Part shown: one piece after another, positions 11,928 through 24,690 of the stretch
Position numbering within the stretch: the stretch's first letter is position 1
Layout: each line of letters begins with the position of its first letter
DNA from: the human T2T-CHM13v2.0 reference genome, Homo sapiens
Length of the DNA stretch: 64,000 nucleotides
Assembly (NCBI RefSeq): GCF_009914755.1
Contig: NC_060936.1
Reading direction: 5' to 3' (one strand)
The notes under the pieces: model-generated
Databases searched by the model: none
What the model saw: only the letters and a program-made list of their open reading frames with translations
Told to the model about the DNA's origin: nothing
Program-made: the position numbers and the translations under genes

Positions 11928-12822
11928 CAATAGTCCCTCCTATCTGTAGGGGATACATTCTAAGACTTCTAGCGGATGCTTGAAACTGAGGATAGTACCA
12001 AGCCCTGTATATACTATTGTTATGGTTTGGCTGTGTCCCACTCAAATCTCATCTTGAATTGTAACTCCCACAATTCTCATTCCAAGTGGAAGTAATTGAA
12101 TCATACATGGAGGTCTTTCTGTTGCTGCTCCTGTGATAGTGAATAAATGTCATGAGATCTGATGGTTTGATAAAGAGGAGGTCTCCTGCACAAGCTCTCT
12201 CTGTTTGCCTGCTCCCATCCATGTAAGACGTGACTTGCTTCTCCTTGCCTTCCGTCATGATTGTGAGGCCTCCCCAGCCATGTGGAATTGTAACTTAATT
12301 AAACCTCTTTTTCATCCTAGTCTTGAGTATGCCTTTATCAGCAGCATGAAAATAGAGTAATATAACTATATTCCTTACTATACATACATACATACATATG
12401 TATGACCAAGTTTATTTTATAAGTTAGGCATAGTAAGATATTAATAATATTAATGAAATAGAATAATTACAACAATATACTGTAATAAAAGTTATGTAAA
12501 CATAGTTTCTCTCTCAGAATATCTTATGGTGTTATACCAAACTTCGTTTTGTTGTCTGTTCTCTGATAAGTGAGAAGACTATTAAGTGACTATATACATT
12601 TATAGCATATAAACATATATACACTGGACAAAGAGATGATTCACTTCCCAGGAGGGATGGAATGGGATGGTGTGAGATTTCTTCACACTACTTAGAATGG
12701 TGCATAGTTTAAAACTTATGAATTATTTATTTGTAGAATTTTTCATTTAATATTTTCAGACCACTGTTGACAGAGGGCAACTGAAATCGTGGAAAGCAAA
12801 ACCATGGATAAGGGGGACACTG
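11928..12822 (-). mobile_element. MER44 (Tigger7-derived) DNA transposon, interrupted by THE1B
   Basis: Terminal inverted repeats caatagtccctcctatc ... gataagggggacactg, flanked by TA at 11926-11927 and 12823-12824. About 550 bp after removing the LTR. Confidence 0.85.
12018..12364 (+). mobile_element. THE1B-type LTR (copy 3)
   Basis: tgttatggtttggctgtgtcc ... gagtaatata. Perfect TSD ACTAT at 12013-12017 and 12365-12369. Confidence 0.92.
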
Positions 12823-13719
12823 TATTTCACCCCAGTCTCTTTTTATTGCGTGGTTTCTGAGGGGAAGTTGGATATATTTCTTATCTTTTTTCCTTTATAT
12901 GTAAGGTGTTTTTTTCCCTCTGGTTTTCTTTTAAGATTTTTTTCCTTATCTTTGATTTTCTGCAGTTTGAATACAATTTGCCCAGGTGTTATGTGCTTTT
13001 TTTGGTACTTGTTCTGCCTGGTGTTCTGTGAGCATCGTGGAGCTGTGGTTTGTTGTCTAACATTAATTTGGAAAAATTCTCAGTCATTGTTGCTTCAAAT
13101 ATTGTTTCTGTTTTTGTTTTTTTTTTTTCTGTTGCTTCTTTTTCTGATATTCCCATTACACAGTTATACCTTTCATGGTTAACCCACGGTTCTTATATAT
13201 TCCTTTTTATTTTCTTTTTTTTTCCTCTTTGCTTTTTAGTTTTGGAGATTTCTATTGACATATTCTCAAAAATAAAAGTTCCGATATTTTTTTCCTCAGT
13301 CATGTCCAATCTATTAATGAGCCCATCAAAAGCATTCTTCATTTCTGATCCACTTGTTTTGATCTGTAGCATTTAAAAAAAATCCTTTCTTAGAATTTCA
13401 TCTTTCTGCTTATGTTATCCATCTGTTCTTGCAAGTTATTTTTTTCGATAAAAGCCCTTAGCATATTAACGATAGTTTTTAAACATTCCTGGTCTGACAA
13501 TTCCAACATTCCTGGCATATGGGACTCTGGTTCTGATACCAGTTCAGTTTTTTCAAACTGGGGTTTTTGCTTTATAATTGTTTTCCTTGTAATTTCTTGT
13601 TGAAAGGAGGACATGATGTACTGGGTAGAAAGAAGTGCACTAAATAGGCCTTCAGTGATGCAGTGGTAGGGTGTGGGGGGAGGGGAAGTCTTTTGTACTC
13701 CTCTGATTAGGTATCACAC

Positions 13720-14046
13720 TTTTTTTCTTTTTTCTCTTTCTTTCTTGCTTTTTTTTTTTTTAGACAGGGTCTCACTTTGTCACCCAAGCTCATGTCCAGT
13801 AATGGCGTGAACAGGGCTTGCTGCCGCTGCCTTAACCTCCCAGCCTTAAGCGATCCTTCCGCCTCAGCCTCCAAAGTAGCTGGGTCTACAGGCTCACACC
13901 ACCACACCCTAGCTAATGTTTGTATTTTTTGTAGAGATGGGGTTTCGCCATGTTGCCCAGGTTGGTCTCGAACTCCTGAGGTCAAGTGATCAGCCTGCAG
14001 CCTCCCAAAGCGCTGGGATTACAGGTGTAAGTCACCGCGCCCAGTC
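13720..14046 (-). mobile_element. Alu (AluJ-like), antisense
   Basis: T tail plus agacagggtctcactttgtc...caccgcgcccagtc. TSD taggtatcacact / taggtctcagact. Confidence 0.92.
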
Positions 14047-15189
14047 TAGGTCTCAGACTTTTAATGAGCTTGTGGCCCTGGGCTCTGAACTTCACCAGTG
14101 CTTCACAGTTTTTCCCCAACTTAGGCTGGATATGATGGCTAGGGTGGTCTGGAGTTAGGTATTTCCCTTCCCCCAGGTAGGTTAGGCTCTGATAAAATTC
14201 CAAGAGGTTAGGGTCTGGAGGGCAGGCCTTGCAAAGAACAGAATATCCTTTCTTTCATATTTCAAATGGTTCCTCTTCCTTCCCCACTGCTGAAAGTACA
14301 GGGGAATTTTTCTCTGATAGTCGCTGTGAGGGCCTGGAGATAAGACTCACAGAAGGGTGAGGGTCCTCCGTGGCTGGGTTCCCTGGAGGTTTTAGCTCTC
14401 AGACTTGTCCACACCGAGCCTCCATCAGTTTATCAATTGCAGCTCAGATTTATGTACCTCAGCATTGGTTCCTGAAGAGGTTTCTGCTCATGAATTCCTC
14501 CTTTGGTAAGTTGTGATTCTCTGTATTTGCCTGTCTGTCTCTCCAATTTGTGGTGTAGGGTTTGCCCTAAGACTTCACTTCACTGACAGATCTAAGAAGA
14601 GTTGTTGATTTTTCAGATCACTCAGCTGTTTGCTTGCTGTTAGGATGGAGTGGCAACTTCTAAACTCCTGACATGTTGGAGTGGATACTGGAAGTTGAAA
14701 AAGGGTTTGAAACCTAACAAACTTTCAGGGGAGGGGCATAGGGAGAACAATAGACACCTCAGATACAACTGTGGACTAGAGAAGGAAAGACTTGTGTCCT
14801 TTTCACGGTGAAGCCTGGGCAGTGGGAAGCCGTATTCAGAAGTCCCCCTGTCCCCCACAGCACAAAAGCAATAGAGCTGAACTGGCTCTAGGTAGATAGG
14901 CCATTGCAGGTAGACGGGCCATGGCAACCTTGCAGAGTTCCAGTCACCCCACTGTGGTGCAGAGAATAACAGAATCATTTTATCTTTGTCACTGAGGGTG
15001 GTATGGACATGCTCCCTCAGCAGACCTGATGAGGCCTTGGGGTTAGGATGAGGGGGATAAGATGAGATTGAAAGATGAAGCTGATGACTGTAGGCCAGGT
15101 GCCTGAGGAGCTGAGTTTCTCATAACCTAACATGAAGTGTCTGCTTCCAGAGAGGATATGAGCCCGAGGTAGAAATAGCTGGGGTATGT

Positions 15190-15262
15190 CCTGAGAATTT
15201 CTAACATGTTCCCAGGTGATGCTGATGCTCCTAAATCTGGGATAACACTTTGAAAACCACTG
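15190..15262. mobile_element. MER5A fragment
   Basis: ttctaacatgttcccaggtgatgctgatgct...cactttgaaaaccactg. Confidence 0.7.
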
Positions 15263-16243
15263 CATTGTTTTATTCCAAACTTCCTAACCTCCTATTATTT
15301 GTTAAGTATAAGTAGATCTATGCATAATCAAAAGATACGTTACACTACCCAATTCCACAGGTGGTGTACTCTCTTGTACTATATGGTTAATCACCTAGAT
15401 GTAGCAAGGAAAATGAACACTGGTATCTCCCATCTGTTGGTTACTGCTATTTTTTCCCCTTGGTGTTGTGCTTTTATGTTGACACTTTTCTTTCTTTCTT
15501 CCTTCATTTTCTTTGTTCTCCTTACTCTGATCTTTCCTTATAGCCTCTATTTGTTGTACCGTTTTTTTTCTATGTTCTGTGAAATACTGTGATCGGTATG
15601 TGAAAATAATATCATTTAATTAAGCTTTAAGGCACACTACCTTGCATCTAGCCTGAGAACAGCACAAGCCTGCTGTAATTTCTATGATTGGCCTCACTTA
15701 GGAGATTTTATTTGTTGAGAGGCACCTGAAAAACCTTAGCAAACTTGGTTCAGAAAAAAAAAATGGTGGCTACAGTAATAATATATAACTCAGAGATTTG
15801 AGACACAGATGATGTAGTTACCATAGGAAATTTTTTTCCTCTTTGGCTGTTATTACTCGTACTGTCTACAAGATCTGTCCAAGAACAGTGTATCATCTAA
15901 AAGAGGGGATGCTGGACTTAAAAAAATAAGTGAAAAAGAAAATTTAAATTAGAAGTCTTAAGTCAGTCATTGTATCCATATTGATATTCTTAACTGAAAA
16001 AGAACAAAACCCAGGAAGGCTTTTATTTATCGATTCCATGAAGAACATATTTCTTTTGTGTCATGGTGATCAGTGATTTTTGAATATATATATCTATAAT
16101 ATACTCAAATAAGATTTCTTGGTATTTTTTGGACTTAAAATTTTTGGATTGTATGATTCTGAGACTTACATGCATATGTTCATCTCATAAGATGGAAAAG
16201 CTTTTGCTCAAATTTTTTTTTGTCCATGTTGAAATGAGAATTA

Positions 16244-16262
16244 AAATCGCTAGAGGGCACTG
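16244..16262 (+). promoter_or_regulatory. Candidate CTCF motif
   Basis: aaatCGCTAGAGGGCACTG fits the CTCF consensus at positions 5-19 and keeps its CpG in otherwise CpG-poor DNA. Confidence 0.45.
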
Positions 16263-16541
16263 TGGATAAGCATTTGTAGCAAAGATACCTATAGGAGCTA
16301 GAACTTGCCAGAATTTAGTTGTACAGGAAGTCCTCAATTACCGACATGTACTGGTCCAAAAATGTGCTTATAAATTAACTCTTCGGAATTCAGGATTCAG
16401 AGTGTATTTTCCTAATAGAAACAATAAAATAAGTAGTAGTATAACAATTTCCCAAGTTGACCTCTAATAGTCTGTTAAATATATATATGACACAGATTTG
16501 TTTGTTATGTGAAGGGAAGCAACAATAACAAAAACAAATAT

Positions 16542-16621
16542 TATACACCTCATTGAGATATAATGGGATTTACCAAACAACAAATAAGACTATACAACTC
16601 ATTTAGATATAATGGGATTTA
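16542..16621. repeat. Short direct repeat (31 bp x2, period 49)
   Basis: tatacacctcattgagatataatgggattta versus tatacaactcatttagatataatgggattta, 2 mismatches. Confidence 0.85.
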
Positions 16622-17527
16622 AGAAAATTTTGATGTAGAGAGTTTTATTTTGGTGTGAACTGGCTTAATTACAAAAACCCACTAGCTTGGAAATATTACA
16701 GAGTTGCAATCTCTGTGTCTCAAAAACAAGAATAAAACAAAATACCCAGGAATAAACTGTTAATCTGTGGGTCACCCCCGTTGAATGGATTGATAGCACT
16801 ACCCCCTCCTCCCAACTCCCTTCAGTTTTTAGTGGAGTGGGGTTCATACGGTTCTGCCTCCCCTGAACCCCACCTGGCTGCTTTGTTCTTATGTCCACTA
16901 CCTCTCACTACTGCTGCTTCTCCTCCTGGTGCTGTTCAGTGGCATGTTTGGCTTCTTTCCCTTTTCTTTAAAGGCATCCAGATATCCAGCCAGTCCCAGC
17001 CTCTGGGTGAAGCCATTCCTCCTAGTTCCAAGCTAGCAAGGGTAATTTAGCACTGTTTGCTTGCAGACCTAACTTTGGGAATTCACTCAGTTCACCTCCC
17101 AGGTGGAAACGGGACCATCCCTATGGCCACAGCAGAGTCTCCCTTTCTCCCTGTGTCCCACCTGCCCTAGGAATGGTTCCCCTTTCCTCTTTCTTTCTTC
17201 AGCTTTCTTCCGTCTAACTTAATTACTGTTTTGGGATTATTTAATTTTTTTTCTCTAGGGCTTTCACTACGTAAGTCTACATTTCAATCAATGAGTGTTT
17301 TAAACTAGATGGGAAACAATACATGACTTGACAGTTAATTTGCCCTGATTTCTTGCCACACTTCCCTTTATTCTTTAGTGGAAATACAAAGTCACAGTTT
17401 TCTTTCATCTTTTACGAGCTAATGGGAATGTAGGCAGAGGTCAATGGTGAACAGAGTGCCTGAAGGTTTGTGGATGATGCAAAGTATTGGGAGAGTACCC
17501 TGAGCCCCACAAACCACCTTTATAATT

Positions 17528-17660
17528 TAGGTTGCATCAGTATCACCTGGGTGCCTGCCAAAAATACAGATTCTGTGAGGTGTTAGGTGGGACTCAGAAA
17601 AGTGCATTTTAATTAAGTATCCTTGATTATTCTGATGAGTGTTATTCTGGCCACAGATAT
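17528..17660. mobile_element. MER5B-like fragment
   Basis: ggttgcatcagtatcacctgg...aaaatacagattc...ggtgggactcagaaaagtgcatttt. Confidence 0.6.
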
Positions 17661-19403
17661 AAATTGATAAATTATATAATAGTCCCTCCATCCTTAAGCC
17701 TCCTTTCAGGCAAATGTGTCATGGATTTTAGAGTGTTATCTTTTGTTTATGGGTTTTTGTTTTAAGGTGGCAAATGTGTCACTATCACCAAGGAGATGGG
17801 AAAGGTATGATTACTTTGATTTTTGGTGAGGTTGTGAAAAAATAATGTTTAGTAAAGATGAGCATCAATCTGATCTGCTCATTTAGCAGGATACATGTAG
17901 TATTTCCACCTACACTTTTCACAAAAGGAGAAAGCATTATTTATGAAGCCTTCTGTGTGTGTGTGTGTGTGTTTTAGGTGATAAATAATTGAAAGTAAAG
18001 GTTGGCATCACTATGCCATATCAAGCTTTTCCTTTTCTTTCTTTCCTTTTTTTTTTTTTTTTTTTGGTGATGAGACAGATGGTATTTTTTTCTATAGATG
18101 CCAAAAAAGGAAAAACCCCAAACCCACCAAGTCTCACAGTTGTGGAAAGAAATCTTATATGATTTCTAAAAGCAAGGATCTGCTGGCCCTCCTCTTACCC
18201 CAAAGACTAGGGACCATGAATCACTTGGAAAATAGATTTGTGTATTCTGAGTGCTTGTCACTGGGTTGGCTAACTTAGAGGGGTTTTTAGTTGAAACCAG
18301 GGCTTTCTAAGTATGCACTTGATAAGCATGTAAGAAGTAAGAACAAAATATATCCAGCTGATTAATAATGATATATTTCAAATATACTGGTGTTTAAATG
18401 GATATTAGACACTATGTTACCCTCTCCACCACTTCAAAATATTATAACATTTTAGGCTTTATAGTCTTTCATGACATCAAAGGTAATGTTATTATTTAAA
18501 TAGAATAAGGACATCTGTTTTAGAAAGAGAAAACAGGTTCTTCAATGTGTGTTTTGGCTAGGCAAATGATAGCAGAAAAAACCTCTAATGCATCATTTTT
18601 AAATAGATCATTGAAATGACAGAGTTTTGATTTTTTTCAATGTTCTTTTTAACATCTGACAAGTCTAAGTACTTCTGTCTACATAAGTCACATACTAATT
18701 AGTAATTAACCACTGTTATTTAATTAGACTCTCTAGTTGGTACATCATGCATTGATCACTCCCAATTTGGTATGTGCTGGCTGCTCTTGGTGACTAGGCC
18801 ACTCTGCTGGGGTTCATTTCATGCTGTGTGTTGCAGCTGTGCCCAGACACAACCTTTTTCTGCCTTTGTCTTGAAATTAGATAAGAAACATAAAAATGTG
18901 GAGAATTGAACTAACTCTAGTTAGTCAACTAGATTTCCAAAATGGTTACAAAAGGCAAAAGTGAATTTTTGCTGATTGAATGAAAAAAGGACTCTTTCGT
19001 TCAAAAATTCATTTTTTTCTCCTTTTTTATGCTTCAGATTTTCTTTCAGATGATTTGATAATGATATGTATGCTTTAAGGAAAGGTCAAAATTATATTTT
19101 AGACCTACTGAATTTGCAAGTGTTCTAAGCATGCAATAAAAACATGTAAAATCTCTACACTATATTAGATGAAACACATTTGAAGTAATTTTAATTAGAA
19201 ATGGCCAAAGTAATTTAGAGACAATTGTTTTAATAAAAATGGTACATTTCTTAGATTATGAAACTAACTTTTTGCACTGTTTATTCCATTGGTTGTTACA
19301 TAAATGGAGACTTCTGCTATTATGAATTCCTTAAACCACATAGTATGTCTTAAGCAACTCCTAGGACCTTATCAATATTTTATCCAGAAAGTACTCTTGA
19401 TAA

Positions 19404-19721
<318 letters not shown>

Positions 19722-21835
19722 GATTAACTCTACTCTTGTAGCTGCACTCAACCCTAAGTGGACTTCACCTAAGTCAGTGGTTCTCAGCTCTGGGCAGAGG
19801 CCAGGGAAGGAGGAGATTTATGTATTCAAATTGCCTATAGAGTTTTTTGCTTGTTTAGTTGTGTTTTTGTATGAAAGAATGTTGTCTGGGGTGGGGCTTT
19901 ATGATGAATGGCAGCCATCTAGTGTGACCAGACCATCATTTTCCCAGGATATGATGCACACAAAATCCTGAGACAAAGACCATCTCAGGCAAATCCTGTA
20001 GAGCAGGTTGCGCACTTCCCTGAAAAGACTAGTCACAGTCAATTCTCACTCCCCAGGAGACCCATTGTAGTTTCACAGAAACGCTCACTTACAGCAGCCC
20101 TGACAGAGTGGCAGAGGGAGAAACAGAGGCTTCAGGAGGGTACTGGCTCATTCAAATCTGCACCATTAATAAGCACTGGAAGTAGGACCAGGTTTCAGAT
20201 CTTTAGCTTCCTGATCTGGGGCTCTCTTCTCTATACATTTCTCTCCTCTTCCTCCTCATCTTCCTCTTTCTTCTTCTTCTGGATAAAGACATTTAGGCAA
20301 ATAAGTTTAATGTGCTCATTATTTCAAGTTTTATGTAATGTTATTTCATAAATGTAATTTCTGATTAATTTTCATTTATTCTAGTTGGCAGGTTCATTAA
20401 TCAGTGTAAATATGTGTAGATTATAAACTATGCAGTTGGTGCCTTTAATATTACATAGATATGTGGAAGTCCTTCCTTTTATTCTTAATTATCAAAAGAT
20501 GGAATTCTGTCTCTAGAAAGTTTTGGAAGCATTCTAATAAAGGCTCTATGAACGTGAGTAATGAATCCCCCCAAACTTCTTTGATTTTTCCTCATTCCAC
20601 ATATGACAATCCCCAATTTGAGAAAAAAGCTCTTTTAAACAGAATGAAAGGTCTGTTTGTTCATATTTTGTAATAGAATCTGGTTGTTAAAAACACTCAG
20701 CAAATAGACATTCTTCCTCCTACTACCTCTGTGTAGCATAGGGAATGGTTTAGTCAGTAATGGTGTTTTCTTAGAAATTTCTAATAATTGTGCATATTAA
20801 AAATAAATTTTAAATTCAGAACAAACCAGGATTAAAAAATCCCAGGTTTTTTGGTCAAATTCAATGATCAGGTCTATGATATCTTTAATAAAAGAAATAA
20901 CTCTTTCAATGAAAATAATATGGTCTGTGTTAGCAGTATCCAGATATTGTTGTCAGTGGATCATTATTCCCTCACAGTTATTTTATGTCTTTTTTACTAT
21001 ATGGAGCCCTATCTGACAAGGGTCAGCATTCTAAAAGTACTACATGGGGCAGTGGTTATGCCTCTTACTATCCACCTTCGATGTATTCTCTTGGTCAAAG
21101 ACCAACTGTGAAGGATTTATAAAGTGGTAGCATGGCATAGTTCAAGAACTCAGTTTGAGCCAAGATTCCTGACTTCTCGTGTATTGTTACTGTCATCTAC
21201 TTTTGTGTCCCTGGGACATCATTTATTCTGATCTACGAATTTAAAGGACTTCCCTAACATTATCATTTGTGCCTTTTAACCCTAAAGTTTTATGTGAGTA
21301 TTTAAGCAAATATGTTGAAAACTTTGGGCATGCACTAAGGCTATGAATGCTGATTTAAACCTAGGGCTAGGGATTTTTTATGTAAATTTCAATGATTCCA
21401 TAAACATTCTGTAGTTCTTGATAGGGTATTTTATACATATTTTAAGGAGTCAACAGTTTGCCAGAAATAGCTAGCAGCCAGAACTCAGCCCACAATCTAC
21501 ACGTCATTTGGAGAACATGCTAAAGACAGAATAGAGGCTACAATACATAGAAATGGCAAAATCCAAGATCCAGTTTATACATCAGTTGGTTAAGCAAATA
21601 ACATATACCATGATTTGTGGTGCTAGCTGAGTTTGATGATAATAACTATAGGGCTTGCAAAACCCAGGCATTTATTTCTTTCTGCTTGTAGTGTGAAATC
21701 AGGGTAATGAAGTAGTTTGTTAAAAATATAAAGAGGAGGAAAACTCATGGATTTAACTATTGTTTTTCACTGTCTCACAGATTACCTGAAATTCAGTCAG
21801 TAGTTGAGAGATTTGTGTGTGTATATACGTAAATA

Positions 21836-22148
21836 AACTTATTTTAGGATCGGGGGTACATGTGATGGGTTGTTACATAGGTAAACTCATGTCACGGGGG
21901 TTTGTTGTACAGATTATTTCATCACCCAGGTATTAAGCCCAGTACCAAATAGTTATCTTTTCTGCTCCTCTTTCTCCTCCCATCCTCCACCCTCAAATAG
22001 AACCTAGTTAGTGTCTGCTGTTTCCTTCTTTCTGTTCATAAGTTCTTATTATTTAGTTCCCACTTGTAAGTGAGAACGTGCGATCTGGCTTTCTGTTTCT
22101 GCATTAGTTTTCTAAGGATAATAGCCTCCAGCCTCATCCATGTTCCTG
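21836..22148 (-). mobile_element. L1PA15/16-like 3' end, antisense
   Basis: ggggtacatgtg...tgttacataggtaaactcatgtcacgggggtttgttgtacagattatttcatcacccagg. Confidence 0.85.
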
Positions 22149-22155
22149 TGTATAG

Positions 22156-22687
22156 TGTTATAGAACGGGCTAAAGAAGGCCCTGGTGTATTAGCTTGATT
22201 TGGCCTCTGCGTTGTTTACTTCTTCATAGCAGGCTAGGGTGGTTAGCTAGAACCAAACTCAAATTCTTACACATCCAGTTGCTTTAAATATAGCCCAAAT
22301 AAGCATATTTTTAGACACTTAGAGCTTGCCTGTTTTACATAGCTTGTGAATCTGCACCCAGCATCTGCTAACCACAGATAAGACAAACTCCAGCAATAAA
22401 GACATGAAACCCTGCTGCCCTTTGATCCCTCTAACCCAAATAGTTTGCTGCTGAATGCCCTAACATAGGCATGTAAGCCACCTCTCCAAGTTCTCCTCCC
22501 CTGGAGATCCCTTGCCCTATTCTCCTTCTGAGTAGTGACCACCTGCCACTGTCTCTGGAAGTACTCTTGCTGGGAGGAACTTCCTCTCTCATGCAACCAT
22601 AAGTTGCAATAAAGCATGCTCTGTGGTAGTGCCTCTTGGGGTCTTGCCTTTTCTGTGGTCAACCCCCAAATCCTTGAACTTACCACA
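22156..22687 (+). mobile_element. Solo LTR (ERV1/ERVL class; subfamily not assigned)
   Basis: TG...CA ends, about 530 bp, AATAAA near the 3' end, LTR-like composition. TSD unclear. Confidence 0.6.
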
Positions 22688-22864
22688 TATGTGTAATATA
22701 TATCTATGAGTATGTTATTTAAAAATAATAAGCCAGGTAGGTTTGTTTCTGCCTTGGCATGAAGAAAATAAATCTACATGAAGGATGCATTAAAAATTGT
22801 TCCTTCATAGTATGAAATTGTAATTTGGTTCCTGTTTTTATGTGAACATTAAAGACAACATTAT

Positions 22865-23200
22865 TTAGTGAAACACTAAAGGACTTAAAGTCAGAAGCCT
22901 TGAGTTTGAGCCTTGATTACTCATTAGCTGTGTGAACTTAGACAAGCCATTTAGCCTCTCTGAGCTGTAAAATAATGATGATACTACCTATAATTATTTT
23001 TATTGACCAAACTACAATACAAAGGTGACAGAAAGGCTGTAAAACAATGTAATTAAAACAGTGTAATTAAGAGAGTGAACTCTCCTTTGAAATTCTGGCC
23101 TCATGACTTGGGCGTCCAAAGGGGAACCTTTTTGAACTTGTTGTTTTAACCGTCAAATGAGGATAACAATACTACCTCATTCATGTGGTTACTCTAAGAA
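22865..23200 (+). mobile_element. Two MIR fragments
   Basis: agtcagaagccttgagtttgagcc...ctgtgtgaacttagacaagccatttagcctctctgagc, and gaaattctggcctcatgacttgg...aaatgaggataacaatactacctc. Confidence 0.65.
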
Positions 23201-23828
23201 TGAAAAGATGTCTCCTTTAAATGTTTCTAATGCATAGACATGCATATTATGTGTGTGCTTCAATAGTAAAATGAAGTACAAGTGTCATCTAAAGCATTTA
23301 CAGGTGTCATGAGGAATGTGAGCATAATAAAGAAGGATGATGTTGAGGAGGGGGTGATATTCAGTTTTAAAAAAGCCATCAAGTCTTTAGGCAGTAATTT
23401 TGTATTGATGTGAAAAGTGTGAAATATTAGGAAGGGATAACACTCAGCAATAAAAGTTTCCCCAAATCATCAAAATAATTGTTGTATGTTCCTTTCTCAT
23501 GATTCACATAGATATAGACTTCACACATATTATACTTAAACCAAAAAAATACTACCCAAGTACAGAGATGAATTTAAAAGGAAAACAAGGAGGTTTCATT
23601 TTAATTTAATTTCCAGACAGTGGATTACATCAATGAGGTCTGGCGTCTAATCAAAAACTGCAAATAAAGGAAGCAGATCAATTATCAGACTCCAGTTCAG
23701 TGGCTTCAACATGATGCCGAGTGCTTTTATTCATGTTACACAGATGAACCCAGCCCTCTTAACAGAAAAAAGCAAAGACTGCCCTTGCATGAAAACAAGG
23801 TGACTTAGTTCCCTAAAATCCAGTGGGA

Positions 23829-24690
23829 ATGATGATTTCCAGTTTCATCCATGTCCCTACAGAAGACATGAACTCTTCATTTTTTATGGCTGCATAGTAT
23901 TCCATGGTGTATATGTGCCACATTTTCTTAATCCAGTCTATCGTTGTTGGACATTTGGGTTGGTTCCAAGTCTTTGCTATTGTGAATAGTGCCGCAATAA
24001 ACATACGTGTGCATTTGTCTTTATTGCAGCGTGATTTATAATCCTCTGGGTATATACCCAGTAATGGGATGGCTGGGTCAAATGGTATTTCTAGTTCTAG
24101 ATCCCTGAGGAATCCCCACACTGACTTCCACAATGGTTGAACTAGTTTACAGTCCCACCAACAGTGTAAAAGTGTTCCTATTTCTCCACATCCTCTCCAG
24201 CACCTGTTGTTTCCTGACTTTTTAATGATCACCATTCTAACTGGTGTGAGATGGTATCTCATTGTGGTTTTGATTCGCATTTCTCTGATGGCCAGTGATG
24301 ATGAGCATTTTTTCATGTGTCTGTTGGCTGCATAAATGTCTTCTTTTGAGAAGTGTCTGTTCATATCCTTTGCCCACTTTTTGATGGGGTTGTTTGTTTT
24401 TTTCTTGTAAATTTGTTTGAGTTCATTGTAGATTCTGGATATTAGCCCTTTGTCAGATGAGTAGGTTGCAAAAATTTTACAATGAGAACACATGGACACA
24501 GGAAGGGGAACATCACACTCCGGGGACTGTTGTGGGGTGGGGGGAGGGGGGAGGGATAGCATTAGGAGATATACCTAATGCTAAATGACGAGTTAATGGG
24601 TACAGCACACCAACATGGCACATGTATACATATGTAACAAATCTGCACATTGTGCACATGTTCCCTAAAACTTAAAGTATAAAAAAAAAA
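23829..24690. mobile_element. L1PA3/4-like 5'-truncated insertion with 5' inversion (twin priming)
   Basis: 23829-24478 is antisense ORF2 C-terminus; 24479-24690 is sense 3'UTR plus polyA. TSD aaaatccagtgggaa (23815-23829) / aaaatccagtaggaa (24687-24701). Confidence 0.95.

Larger units (their letters stand above)
11250..14690 (-). mobile_element. Old L1M (L1MC/L1MD-type) 5'UTR-ORF1 region, interrupted by MER44, THE1B and AluJ
   Basis: T-rich antisense L1 sequence. Minus-strand ORF 13390-13614 (MLELSDQECLKTIVNMLRAFIEK..LQEQMDNISRKM) resembles the L1 ORF1p N-terminus. Confidence 0.78.

Noticed and set aside
18905-18930. Short hairpin ctaact-ct-agttag; similar small inverted repeats at about 20823-20850 and 63055-63103
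   Set aside because: Too short for AT-rich DNA and no supporting context.
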